From Octopus vulgaris (lineage: Eukaryota), in the NCBI GenBank assembly GCA_951406725.2, contig OX597814.1, forward strand, positions 55,862,001 through 55,926,000: DNA of 64,000 nt, given 5' to 3'. The position numbers were made by a program, and so were the translations under genes. The notes under the pieces were generated by a model that was given only the letters and a program-made list of their open reading frames with translations, did no database searches and was not told the origin of the DNA. How positions within the stretch are numbered: the first letter of the stretch is position 1; each line of letters begins with the position of its first letter. Shown in pieces: positions 1-12,784 of this stretch.

Positions 1-170
1 TTTATATTATCAAAACAGAAAGACTGAAACAAAATAACACCCTAAAGGGTATTTTAACTTAAAAACTTATGACATTAGAAGAAAATATTAGAAAGTAAAT
101 GATTTTTACAATAGCTTTGGTTTGTGATTGAGTTTGATTGATGGAAACTGTTACAAGCCCATTGTGTATG

Positions 171-206
<36 letters not shown>

Positions 207-583
207 TACGTAGATATTGATTGATATTCCACAGGTTCACTTGGGCAAAATTGTGAAGGATCTTATATTCCTTGTCGACATTATGACTGGTCACATTGAA
301 CTTTTGAAGATATGTGAAATAAAAAAAAAACCATTACTTGAAACACAGCTAAGAATTCCTGCCTCAAGCATGTCTGCCATTCAAACCCATGGTAACATAT
401 AGACTGGATTGCCATATCAGTATGGGAAGAAGATTGCTTCCCAATCACATGGTTCTGGGTTTTGTACCACTGCATGGCACCTTGGGCAAGTCTATTTTAC
501 TATAGCCCTGGACTAACCAAGGCCCTTGTGAGTGGATTTGGTTGGGGGAAACTGAGAGAAGCCTATTGTGAGTGTGTATGTGC

Positions 584-647
<64 letters not shown>

Positions 648-664
648 CTATATATATATATATA

Positions 665-2158
665 TACTGAATTACAAAAGAAACATCACACTGTAAAAGA
701 TTATTTGTTTCACACATGATATTGAGATTATATATATTTTATCACATTTCTTGGTAATTTGACATCAGAAAGATGTCACTGACCCACAGTACCACTCTCT
801 TTTGAAAATACAAGGATTGCATGTAGGGTTCAAACTCGCCCACTTTTCATGAACATGGTAATGCTTGTGAATGTATCTTTATGAAAAACATCATGCACAT
901 GCACCCAAATTTACCAGCCTGTCATTCGTTTCCCAAATGCAGCAAGCATGCCAAGACTGACACGAAATCAGAGGGAGCGAGCCATTGAACATCTCCATGC
1001 TGGTCAATGTCCGTGGGTCATTGCTAATGATTTGAATTGCAATATTCAGACAGTTGAGTGGCTGAGGGAATGATACAATACCACAAACAGCATGGATGAT
1101 CATCCATGCAGTGACCAACCGAGGGTTACAATGGTATGTCAAGATCGCCACCAGCACCGGCAGCACTTGCAGGACTGATTCTGGAGGGCAACGGCATCAG
1201 CTAGGTAGACCATAGGGTCTCACCACAGACCCATTTGTGCAGAGACAGTTCACCGCCATCTGAGATATTTCAATTTGTCTTGTCAATGTTCAGCTATGGG
1301 TCCCACCCTCGCAGATCGTCGTTGATGGGCATGTCTGTAGTGGCCTCAAAAACGTCAGAACTGGTGATATCAGCAGTGGAGGACTGTAGTCTTCTCTGAC
1401 GAAAGTTGATATTGCATTTCTGTGGCAGATGGCAGAGCTAGGGTTTGGAGAAGAAGAGGTGAACGTCATGCTGATGGCTGTGGTGGAGAGACTCATGGGG
1501 AGGACAGAGCATCATGGTATGGGGCAGGATTGCACTCAACCAGAAACTTGGGACTGGTGGTCTTCTAAAACATTGACCAAGGCCAGGGCAATGGAGTAAC
1601 TGCTGCTTGCTGCATTGATCAAGTGTCATATTTTGCTCGTCATCAGAATCATGTGTTCCAATATGACAATGCCCATGCCCATACTGCCAGGTTGACAATA
1701 GACTTCCTCCAACAGCACAACATCCAGACACTGCCATGGCCTGCCCTAAGACCGGACTTGAACCCCATAGAGCACCTATGGGATGAAATTCAAATAAAGC
1801 TAAATGACATCTGCCCAAGGCTGACAACTGCAGCACAACTCACTGCAAGTTTTAAAAGTGTGTGGGCTGCTGGCACCATGGCCTTCATCAGTTGTTTGGT
1901 GCATTCAATGTACAGGAGATGCCTGGAGATAATCAACACTAATGGTGGTTACATGAGATATTGAGTTCATCTTTTTGGATCCAGGACACTCCATCATCAC
2001 ATGATACCATGTGACATCAAACATGATTCAGGAAATGATATTTTATAATTAGGAAAGAACGGTTTCTTAATTAGCACTCTTCAACCAATGCTAGCGCAGT
2101 CTGTAAATAAACCGGTTTCTATTTAGTATGTGCGTGATATTTCTTTTGTGGTTCAGTT
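665..2158 (+). mobile_element. Tc1-family DNA transposon (DD34E), full length, decayed
   Basis: Imperfect TIRs CTGAATTACAAAAGAAACATCAC (667-) and GTGATATTTCTTTTGTGGTTCAG (-2156), flanked by TA runs; internal transposase remnants. Confidence 0.9.
948..1964 (+). pseudogene. Tc1 transposase pseudogene, DD34E
   Basis: Starts MPRLTRNQRERAIEHLHAG (HTH-like). FSDES at ~1398, FQYDNAHAHT...PDLNPIEHLW with 34 residues between D and E. In-frame stops and frameshifts. Confidence 0.9.
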
Positions 2159-2479
2159 TATATATACATATACATGTATATATGTATATATATATATGTG
2201 TGTGTTTGTGCTTGTGTGTGTGTTTGTGCTTGTGTGTGTATGTGTGTGTGTGTGTATTTGTTTTTCATCCCCACAGTTGCTTAACAACTGGTGTTGGATT
2301 GCTTGCTTCTCTATATCTAAGTTGCTTGGCATAGGAAACCAATACATTAAGCAGCTGGCTTTAAAATAAATACTGGGTTGATTTGTTAAAAAAAAGTTCT
2401 TTAAGGCTGTGCCCCAGCATGGTTGCAGTCCAGTGACTGAAATGAGTAAAAGATAAGATAAATGAACATCTATTCTCAT

Positions 2480-2622
2480 GTTCTCTTATCTCTACCTACC
2501 AAATTCACTCACAAGGCTTTGGTTAGACCAGGGTTATAGTAAAAGACACTTGCCCAAGATGCTATGCAGTAGGACTGAACCCACAACCATGTGGCTAGAA
2601 AACAAACTTCCCACCACACAAT
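2480..2622 (-). mobile_element. SINE family A head fragment
   Basis: Reverse complement of the family A head (gacacttgcccaag...ggactgaacccacaaccatgtgg). Confidence 0.75.
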
Positions 2623-2779
2623 GACAAAAAAATTTTTTCACTCAAAATACAGATTTAATGTCAAGCAAGGTGACTAATAGATTAGAATTTTTTAATTGTT
2701 ATAATAATTACTGTAGCTTTCAATTCTCTCTAGAAAATGACATGTTAATCATTGTTATTCATTGATATTGTCCAGATGT

Positions 2780-2994
2780 AAGATAGTGGGTTGGCAAAAT
2801 GGTTAGCATGCTGTGCAAACTGCTTAGCAGTATTTCATCCATCTTTTTGTTCTGAGTTCAAATTCCACTGAAGTTGACTATGCTTTTCATTCTTTCAGGC
2901 TTGATCAAATAAATACCAGTTGAGCACTGGGGTCAATGTAGTTGACTTAACCCCTCCCCCAAATTTACTGGCCTTGTGACTAAATCTGAGACCA
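2780..2994 (+). mobile_element. tRNA-derived SINE family B (Nin/Deu-domain-like)
   Basis: B-box-like gagttcaaattcc, then gcttttcattctttcaggcttgatcaaataaataccag (Deu/Nin-like core). Candidate TSD atattgtcc on both sides. Confidence 0.8.
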
Positions 2995-4164
2995 ATATTG
3001 TCCTTGTATCTTTATGTTGGTATGAGTTGGGTAGTTCTGTAATACATTATCCTGCTGTGTGCTTCAGTGCTGTGAATTATTAGTTATTTTAGATTAGTGG
3101 TTAGGAACCATTTCAGTACTAGGGTCAAATTAGAAGCGACATGTCCTAAGTGCTGCACAGTGGAACTGAACCCAGAACCATATGGTTGTGAAACAAACCT
3201 TAATCATAAAACCATTGGTATGGCATTACTATTTCAGTCTCTGAGATTAGGCATTGTTTTTTCTTTAATGGGTTTTTAAATACTTTGTTAACAGAGAGCT
3301 TCAAATCTGAACATAGATAAAATATTGTCTACAGGTGAGGAGTTGCTTACGCTTGATATGGATTGCTGTCCATGTGAAGTATTAGTCTATAGAGGTCACT
3401 CTTTCGATATGCCATTCATTTAATCTTTGCAAGGATAAAAGGAGTGAGATGTATGAAAAATTTCTTCAGCTGACTTCTGCACTTTAAAGTATAAAATAAC
3501 CCAGTTATAAGGACTTTATTATAATTCATTGTTGAGGAAAACATCTGTGAAACATTTATGTTATTAGTTATAATATTAATAGAATTTTATTATAGATTCA
3601 GATAAAAAAAAAATAACTGAAAATAATGAGATTATTTAATTTGTACAAACATAGCTAAGAATTAATATGTTTATTAAAATTGATTCCCTTGACTATAACA
3701 TTGGCAATTTAGCATTTAACTCACAAGAATTAAGCTTTATTATCTGTTTAAAATGTGGAGTAAACAATTCTGCTTGAAACATAATATAGTGTTAACTTTG
3801 ATATTGAAATAAAATTAACTTCACAATATATTATACATGTCGTTAAATATAATTCTAGCATATTCTAAGTAAAGCAAAAAAGACCCTTTAATAATATCAT
3901 TTTTTTTCTATTGAAAACATATTTCTCTGAATGAATAGATAGACTAGATTAATGTATCACCAATCTGATAAGTTTCTGAGAATTGTGTATTATGAGAAGT
4001 TCTTTAATATTTGTATCTGTAGACCATCTTTGAAATGCCTTTTTTTTACTGACTCTCATTTATAAACATGGTGAACTACCAGATTATGAAGAACAAAATT
4101 GATCTTAGCTGATTTTAAACTTAGAAGACTCAGAACAAATACTACAAAGTATTTTGTCATCCCA

Positions 4165-4315
4165 CCACAAACTCCATTCCTTGTTGCAGTGTGATGACTT
4201 GTGTCCTCAGTGACTTTGAGAGCGATGCCAACAGAGCATAAGCTCTTGGTAGGGTTGCCTATGATGGACAGGTCAAAGGATAGAGACCAGTCTAATATTG
4301 GCCACCTCTTTCCAG
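4165..4315 (+). mobile_element. RTE-clade LINE 5' UTR-like fragment
   Basis: ccttgttgcagtgtgatgacttgtgtcctcagtgactttgagagcgatgcc...ggtagggttgcctatgatggacaggtcaaagg resembles BovB/Expander-type leaders. A related copy is at ~43385-43470. Confidence 0.5.
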
Positions 4316-5224
4316 AGGTAAAAATGAATTTGCATAGGATGTACACTCCTACCTAGGAAAATGCAAGGTTATGGAAAGTCAATGACAATTCAAAATCAAC
4401 AAGACATGAGAAAAGGCCTTAAGAAACAGGTTATAGTTGAGAACAGTGGAGAAAAGTTGTTGATGGCTTATAGGGAATGAAAGGCTTAATAAAAATATTG
4501 GTTTTCTCAACACTTTCATTATTCTGTCAAAAAAAAAAACTCCATGGGAAAATAACATAAATAGATCAGTGGTTCATATCCTGTATATTGCTTTCTGTTG
4601 TTAGAAAACCGAAGTAGTTAATTATTTGTATCCCAGCTGCAAATAGACATATATCGGACTACATTTCAATGCTCTTTGCAATGAGAAATACAATTCTATT
4701 GAGCTGCCATAAGCTTTATGTAGTTCTGGCTTCAGTTCCTCCCATAGTAGGCAACAAGGTAATGGCTTTCTATCTTAAATCCCTACATGAAGTTATATAT
4801 TTCATTGATGCCTAGTAACCCAATGTGTTTGGAGATATCACTTTTCTTCATTTTCTTTTCATTTCATTAGAATATGGTTGAAAGTGATTTTGCCTTTCAC
4901 TGATGTCAATAAAATAAATATTGTTAATATGCAGGGGCTGATTTAAGGAGTTGTATACCCTCCTCTTTGTTCCAAAGTGAGAATTAATTATTTCACTAAT
5001 AACAGTAATGATAATTTCTTAGATCAGGCTAGAAGTTATATTGACCAAGGTACTTGAATGGCATTTTACTTTATTGATCCTGGGAGGATGAAAGGTAAAG
5101 TTGACCTTGGCATGATTTAACTTTAGAATATAAAGAGCCAGAATAAATACAAGGCATTTTATCAACACTTTAACAATTTAGGAAAATACTCTAAACAGAT
5201 TGATAAGCCAGAATGAAACACCGG

Positions 5225-5295
5225 CCAGCAGGAAATTAAAGATAATATTAGAAGGGCTTATAATTGCAGCTCAAGTTCAATGCTCCCATGCTTGC
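5225..5295 (+). mobile_element. R4/Dong-like LINE ORF fragment
   Basis: Translates EGLIIAAQVQ, matching the EGxIIAAQDQ motif of this LINE group; only a short remnant. Confidence 0.45.
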
Positions 5296-5871
5296 TGCTA
5301 TTAAAAAAAAACAAAAAGATAAAAAAAGCCCCTGAAAATCCACTCCTCAAAAAAATAAATAAGAAATTCAAAGGGATTATATCAAGTATGTGGTGAATTT
5401 GATGAAACAATTGATTACATATGCACATAATTTTCTGTATTATCCATCTGTAAATTGATGTTTGAGGGGAAAACATGAACAGAAGAGAATATAAGAGGAC
5501 TAGGATTGGCAAAAAAGCTATTAGGAGTAGAAATTGCAGAATGAGACGTAATAAAGACGATAAGAAAGAAGAGATGAAGCATCATGTGAATTTGTATATG
5601 TGTGGATTGTTTGTATATATACACATAGCTTAGGACTAGCCAATGATCACTGTAAGAGTTGAAGAAGCAGACAGAAAAATGCATGTCTAAGATCTAATAG
5701 GAAATATATGTTAGCAACTGAACCTTTGCCAGATTCCTGTGGCTACCAGACTAGTTTACTGGTACCTTGCACAATACAGTATTAAATAAACTTGTATCAT
5801 TTATATTAATGTGCAGGTACCTGTATTTCATTTAATTATTTAAATTAATTTAATATTTGTTTAATTTAGAG

Positions 5872-6207
5872 CAGTAGTTCTCAACAATTTTTTATCAAAG
5901 GACCCGTTTAATTACTATTTTATGCTGGTGAACCCCCATGGCTATTCGATATTTAAAAAACTAGTCTTATAGATATTTCTTTTGAAATCCCTATTTAGTT
6001 TTTCACACAGTCTCTTGCATAATTTAGCAAGAAAATGCTGAAGTATGTTAAGCATTAGAGAAAGAAACTTGGCTGTTTCTAGCAATAAATACATCTGATG
6101 CAAAATTTTTCATGGACCCTTAATATAATACTGTTGATCCCCAAAAATACTATTTTGCTTTCATGAACCCCCAGAAATCTTATATGGACTCTTGTTGAGA
6201 ACCACTG
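5872..6207. mobile_element. hAT (Charlie-like) MITE
   Basis: TIRs CAGTAGTTCTCAAC / GTTGAGAACCACTG; 8-bp TSD ATTTAGAG (5864-5871) vs ATTTAGTG (6208-6215); no ORF. Confidence 0.85.
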
Positions 6208-6289
6208 ATTTAGTGTACTGACCATAGTTACCTCCCTTGATTTGGAAAGCCCAATGCTGTACATGTATGTTGAAACATATTATCACTAA

Positions 6290-6301
6290 GATATATATAT
6301 A

Positions 6302-6372
<71 letters not shown>
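6290..6372. repeat. (TA)n microsatellite
   Basis: Long near-perfect TA run. Confidence 0.98.
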
Positions 6373-6374
<2 letters not shown>

Positions 6375-6589
6375 TTAGAGGTTGAGCTCTGTCTTTAAAG
6401 ATCTCAAGAGATTAATTAGAGTTTTGTCTTTAGAGATTTATTATGTTCTATGATTAGAGACTGGTCTCTTTGTATTGTCTTATTCTACAATACTAGCAAT
6501 AAATCTGTTGATTTCTCTATTGGGCTTCCTTTAATTATAGTTGTAGCTCAAGATAAAACAGTTCTCTTTCTTTCATTCTAGAATTATTA

Positions 6590-6960
6590 TTATCATCATC
6601 ATCATCATTTAAAGTTCTTTCTCCATGCTGGCATAGATTGGGCAGTTTGACAAAGGCTGGTAAACTAGAGAGCTGTGTCAAGCTCTGTTGTCTGTTTTGG
6701 CATGGTTTCTATGGCTGGATGCCCTTCCTAACTCCAACCGCTTTACAGAATGTAATGGGTGCTTTTCTTGTGGCATCAGCACTGGTGGGTTCATCAAGTA
6801 ATTTGCAAGTCAAGACAAAATCCTCTGGCAGAGAGTAGTATTGAAGGAGGTGGTTTTGTGCCAGTTGATGAGAATTTAAAAGAATAATAGGATGTTAGAA
6901 ATAGGTGTCTTGCTGTAGAGACTGAAAGGGAATTATAGAGATGGAGAGTGGGAGAGATAA
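6590..6960 (-). mobile_element. Retroposon family C with (GAT)n tail
   Basis: catcatcat...ccatgctggcat...ggctggatgcccttcctaac. The same family recurs at ~8612, 18740, 23505, 25855, 29380, 30865, 40860, 47785 and 52625. Confidence 0.7.
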
Positions 6961-7099
6961 TGGTGGATGTATATCAGGATATACTCTCAAGGGGAATACT
7001 GGTGAAGTGATATAAAGGATTGGACTGGGTGAATGGGCATGGGAAACAATGGAAGTGAAACATATCAATCATCTCATATAACAACAGGGAAGCCTCTAT

Positions 7100-7445
7100 G
7101 TGATCATTTGATTTGCTAGAAAAAGCAGCCAAATCTCCCTCCAATCACATCCAACCAACTGCATAAATAAAAAGATACATTCAACAATGGAAGACCTGAG
7201 TATGAAAGAAGTTAGTGATTATGACTGAAATACTGTTGAACATTGGTCTTCTCAATCAGTAAATAACTTAAGCTTGAATATTGATATCAACAACTATAAC
7301 CATCATGAGCTTCCAAGCAATGGCTTGATCTACTAGAAATAGCAACCAAATGTACTTCAGATCATACCTTACCATCTTAAAGAAAAGAGTGATACATTGG
7401 ATAGGTCAAAATAATATATGAGATAGTCATGGTTGGAACAACAAC
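7100..7445 (-). mobile_element. Two tandem fragments of interspersed repeat family D
   Basis: ctagaaaaagcagccaaatctccc / ctagaaatagcaaccaaat motif. The family recurs at ~9130, 32070, 32495, 32885, 50770, 52310, 55395, 56010, 61110 and 63245. Confidence 0.65.
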
Positions 7446-7546
7446 AAAAGACAAGCCAAGTCAAGAAAGAGGTCCAGTACACTGTGCTGTTCTGGTACAC
7501 TGGAAAAAATATCTAGGCATACTCAAATGTCTAAAATACAATTTAA

Positions 7547-8183
7547 CCCTTTAGAATTCACATTGCTCTGTCAAATGTAATGCTTATTGATTCACATTGT
7601 TTTGTGAGAAATTTTCTCTGTGACAAAACACAGTGAATGACTTGTTTATTAGTCCAAATGTGCCACAAGCATATTTGAAATTGTAGTAACATTGCATTTA
7701 TACATTTCACTACTTAACGCTCCTACTTAGTAAGCTCCTACTGAGCTGCTGTGTAGTGTTATCAGCTCTCATATACTGACTGAAATACTATTAGAGAATC
7801 ACTCTCTTTCATCAGTTTGCAGTGCCCTCCACCTAGTGACTGTGACCAAATACTCTAAAATGCTGCATCTCACAGTCTAGAAAGCAGGTGCTGCAAACTG
7901 ATCTCGGTGAATTTACACTACTGTCCACAGCAAGAAAATTTCTCCATGACAAAACACAGTGAATGGCTTGTTTATTAATCCAAACATGCCCCAAGCATAT
8001 TTTAACTGGTAGTATCATTGCATTTGGTCAATTATTATCTTGTAGCTTTGAGATTTTAATGAAATGATTGTTTATTTTTCGAATGACATTGTAGGGTAAG
8101 TGTGAGAGGCCGAATCTGGCAAGGTTGAACATAAAACAGATAAAATATTTAGACAAGATGTGGCTGGTTTAATTGCTAAAGGG
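7547..8183. mobile_element. piggyBac-type MITE (family P1) carrying a ~425-bp insertion
   Basis: TTAA-CCCTTTAG...CTAAAGGG-TTAA ends. The uninterrupted copy at 39568-39787 shows that ~7605-8030 is an insertion. Confidence 0.8.
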
Positions 8184-8266
8184 TTAAGGTTTTAGAAAAT
8201 CCATAGTCACTGTTAAGTCTTCAAAAATGAGTTATTAATAAATTTGTTATACAAAAGTATGATTAA

Positions 8267-8491
8267 CTCTTTTAATACCAGCCAACATGAGACTGCCCCT
8301 AGCTCTATAATACAAACCTTCGGTTTAAAGTGATTTTTTTTTAAAACCTTCCATCAAAATTTCATGTTAATTTATTTCAAACACCAGATTAATAGTGATG
8401 AAGTTATTTTACAAAATTCTTCTTTACTTTATTTAAAAAATTAATTGAAAGAAAGAAAGCATATTTCAACAGAATTGTAGTTATAAAATGA
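8267..8491. mobile_element. piggyBac-type MITE (family P2), decayed
   Basis: TTAA at both ends. The body (ccttccatcaaaatttcatgttaattt...aacaccag) matches 60423-60623. Confidence 0.6.
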
Positions 8492-8939
8492 TTAATAAAT
8501 CAAGGCAAAAATAGTTTTTTTTATATACTCTCTAAATTTTAAAATTATAAAACATTTCTTTCTTTTAACTTACAAAATGTGCTGGTAATTTTTAACTTAC
8601 CACATGAAGACATCATCATCATCATTTTGATGTCCACTTTTTCATGCATGCATGGGTCATGGAATTTGTTGAGGTGGATTTTTTTACGGTTGAGTGCATT
8701 TGTTATCACCAACCCTTACCTGTTTTGAAGTAAGGTAATATTTCTTTATGATCAGGCATGTCTTCATGGAAGATTGGAAATGAAGGACACTGCTTGCATG
8801 ATGGTGATACTTGCTTGCAATTATTATGTGATGTCATGAAAGTAAGAAGACACACACATTCACACACATGTGCACACACACATTACATACATATATATAT
8901 ACATATATATATATGCACACACACACACATACATGCATG

Positions 8940-9105
8940 CATGAATGGTAAGCTTCTTTCAGTTTCTGCCAACCAAATCCACTCAAAAGGCTTTGATTGA
9001 TTCTGGGCTATAGTAGAAAATACTTGCTCAAAGTCCAACCCAATGGGACTGAACCAAAGCCATGTGATGGGGAAGCAAACTTCTTACCATACAGCCACAC
9101 CTGTG
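8940..9105 (-). mobile_element. SINE family A head
   Basis: Reverse-complement head ending cttcttaccatacagccacacctgtgc. Confidence 0.75.
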
Positions 9106-10380
9106 CTATGCCCATTATTTCTTTGCTTGATCTCCAGTGCACCTAGACATCAAAAAGACTAGGGGCCACTCCCCAGTTGTCTTAAAAAGAGAAGGGCTCA
9201 TTGAATAATGTAGCTTGAAGTACATCTGCACAAAAGATGGGATGGTCATAAGTGTGCTTGGTCAAGATCGAAAACAACAACCACTAAAGAAAATTAATTT
9301 TTTTTGTGATTGAAATATCGTTATATGATTAATTAAAAGCAAAAACAGTTTTGTTAGGAAATAGTGTTTACAAAATAGGAGGTGGTCATGATTTAAACAT
9401 CTTTGGTCATATGTTTGCATGGTCAGAGTTGAGGTAGAACTAAAACAGCAACAACAACAGATGAAAGTTACCATTGTATAATTAGGTTATTGCTATATGA
9501 TTAATTAAAAACATAAATTTATAAAGCAAAAGGTCAGTTTTGTAAAAGAAATGAACTTTATTCACTGATTTGATTGGAATATGTTACTAGTTCATATGTT
9601 AACGATTCTGGATAAACTCTAACCTGATAAGATTTTAATTTAGAATATAGAATGATTTTATTTCTGTGAATGGAGGCTCTCCCTAATGCCAAACACTTCA
9701 CTGTGTGTACCAGGTGCTTTTTTTCAAGGTACCATCACCAGTGAGTTGCTACTGAGCTTGCAAAACAAAGACCCCCTTCAACTGAGTGGGGATACAATCA
9801 AATGAGAGATTGCTTTTATGCAAGGAGCTATGGCAACTTGGGCAAGTGCCTTCTACTATACCTTGAGCCGACCAAATCCTTGTTAGTGGATTTGGTAGAC
9901 AGAAAGTGAAAGAAGCCCATTGTATGGGGTGGGGTTGAACTTTCACTGATGTATATTGTCAATAGATATATGCAATGGAGTGAAATTCAAAAATTGGGTG
10001 CTTTAGGAATGAGGTTCTTGAGATACATTGACCTAGCCTTGTCCCTCTGACATTAAAAAAAAAAAGCAATGGATCAGTGATCATCCCACAGGAAATTCAT
10101 AATAATGATGAAGTTATTTTACACAATTCTTCATTATTTTATTTCAAAAATGAATTGAAACAAAGGAAGCATATTTCAATAAAATTGTAGTAATGAAATG
10201 ATTGATAAAACAAGACAAGCAATAGTTTTCTATATATTCTCTAAATTTCAAAATTATAAGTTTTACAAATTAGTGTATAAAATAAAGAGACCATAAAAAC
10301 ATAAAGGTTTAAGTATACTCTGGCCAGATTAAAATTTAGAATATAAAGAAATATAATTATATACCACCAGATATCCTTTC

Positions 10381-10752
10381 TTTTTTTTTCACTTGTTTCA
10401 GTCATTGAACTGTGACCATGCTGGGGTCATAGCCTTGAAGGGCATTAATTGAACAGATCAATCCCAGTAATTATTTAAAGTTTGGTACTTATTCTGTTGG
10501 TGTTTTTGTTGAACTGCTTAGTAGATGCAAACAAACCAATGGCAGTTGTCCTGTGATGGGGTGAGGAGAACAAACACACACACACACATATGATGGGCTT
10601 CTATACAGTTTCCATCTCCTAAATTCCCTCACAAAGCATTGGTTGGCTTCAGGGTATAGTAGAAGGCTCTTGCCCAAGGTGCTGCACAGTGGGACTGAAC
10701 CTGAAATCATCTAGCTACAAAATAAGCTTCTTAACCATACAGCCATGCTCAT
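10381..10752 (-). mobile_element. SINE family A, full length
   Basis: Head, internal (CA)n and tail all present on the minus strand. Confidence 0.85.
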
Positions 10753-12061
10753 GACTATTTTTATCTGACTTTTCATCATTTCTGTCATCCATTGGCCCGC
10801 TGTATTTTATTCAAATGAAAAACACAATAGCTCCGACAGTTTTCAAACTTAGAATGTTGAAGCACGAAATTAAATATTTCATAATGCTTATCTCTATTTT
10901 TGTTGTTCTTCATCTAATTGTATTCATCAAGTTTGCAAAGTCAAATATTGGTGAACTTGTTCCTTTATTCTCATGGCATAGCTTAATACTTCATCAATGT
11001 GATTTGGTACAATTCCAAGATGTTGGAAGTTACATATCAATATATTTCCGCAGAGAGACATTATGTAGTTATTTGTGTAACTGAGTTAACACCTTACAAA
11101 TCTATATGATTATTTAATAGAGTCTTCATCCTACTTTCGTTTTCTTCATTTTTTTTTTTACACAATTAAAAATGTTTCACACATGAAAATGTACTCTCAC
11201 GACGAACTGAAACATTCACTTAACATACTATACACAGACATACATACATATACACAGAAGCATGCACTTAGTAACGTACATATAGACTCATAAAAATAAA
11301 CACCTGGAATGATGCAATCACATATTCACACAAATACATATAGAAATGCACACATACACATGTAAGTATAGAAATATACATACTTTGTATGTATATTTCT
11401 ATATACATACAAGTGCATATGCATCAAACTTAAAGACATATATTCACACACTGAACCACAATCCTAGAAATACACACATTTTTTAAAAAATGCATACATG
11501 AAGCAAACACATACCAATGTATGTGTGTGTGTGCTGAAATATACACAGAAAAATTTGTGTACAGAAAGACAAACACATAAATACAACTAAACAAGAATTC
11601 AGTCATACATATGCACACAAATGTTACTAATTTGATTTTAAATAAACCAGTGATATTTAGAGTAAAAATATGGCCATCCATGACTATAACTGTATAAATT
11701 TAAAATGGTAAATATGTTTTCCAAAATAAAATTGTATTTTTTGTAAGTGGAAATTTCCAGTGCTGGTTAAAACTTTGAGTCATCTTTTCTTTTTATTGGG
11801 TGGGGAGAGTAAACTTCTGGAAATATTTAGAAGAAATTATTGTGAAACAAAGGAAAATGAAGACATTAACTCCATACATTTTATATCCTTTCATATTTTC
11901 CTGTTGGTATATATTTAAGCACTTCTACGTCTGTCGAAAATTTTTGTGTAGGTTCATCTCTTTCTCTTTCCCCCTCTCTCATAAAAACACACACACACAC
12001 GGAGGCACAGATGTGTGCTCACACACACACGCATACATTACACACACACACATATATATTC

Positions 12062-12101
<40 letters not shown>

Positions 12102-12784
12102 CACACACATACGTATGTTCATACATACATACATAATACACAGATACATGCATTCATACATATATATATATATATATAAATACTGATAAGATCTAGCAAG
12201 ATTTAAAAATAGCCATTGTTTTTACACTGGTTTAAAGACCAGATCCACCCCTAGTGAAATGTCATTAATTTTCCAAAAACCTGAGTTGGCTGATATTAAT
12301 TGAATTATCTCTGTTGCTTGCTATTTTAAAATCTGTTAAATACCTGAGGGAGTTTTTGTCTTCTCATTGCAAGGAAAGTATCAGCAAGAACTGATATTTT
12401 TCTTAACTGATATTTTCCTTGCAATGATACTTTTCAACTCCCTTTATTACATATGGGAGATTTACCATCTATATTTACATACACATCATGCAGAATGCTT
12501 CCCCAAGGTATTTTCTTTCAGCTCTATACTGCTTTCAGTGTTCTTTTTGCATCTCATCTAAGGTTAGAAATTTGACTCCAGAGTGTTTGTGCTAAAACAT
12601 TGAAGCAGTTTATAAATACAAAACGGTCATACATTTCGTATCACAGAATTTACACTTTACATTAGCTGTGTATTGAGTCATTTATAGAACAGTGGCCTTT
12701 TTGATTATCCCATTGAGAATTATGCAGAATATATAGATACATTATGACAGCCACCAGTGAACTAAGGCAGCTTTGTATACAATG

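Larger units (their letters stand above)
405..2462 (+). mobile_element. tRNA-derived CORE-type SINE (family A), split by a Tc1 insertion in its internal microsatellite
   Basis: Head ~405-570 (catggttctgggttttgtaccactgcatggcaccttgggcaagt, CORE-like ccttgggcaag), then (TG)/(TA)/(CA) tract. The tail resumes at ~2255-2460 (caactggtgttgg...ccccagcatggttgcagtccagtgactgaaatgagtaaaag), matching intact copies at 10381-10752 and 46878-47246. Confidence 0.8.

Noticed and set aside
3295-3423. Possible terminal exon RASNLNIDKILSTGEELLTLDMDCCPCEVLVYRGHSFDMPFI* after ttgttaacag
   Set aside because: Only 42 codons, no recognisable family and no linked upstream exon.
6373-6590. GAGACTGGTC next to (TA)n as a decayed GAAACCGGTC hammerhead half
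   Set aside because: Too many changes required; no clear 5' core or stems.
10815-11084. 89-aa plus ORF with a hydrophobic stretch, and a short minus ORF in the same place
   Set aside because: Composition typical of AT-rich non-coding DNA; no motif and weak splice context.
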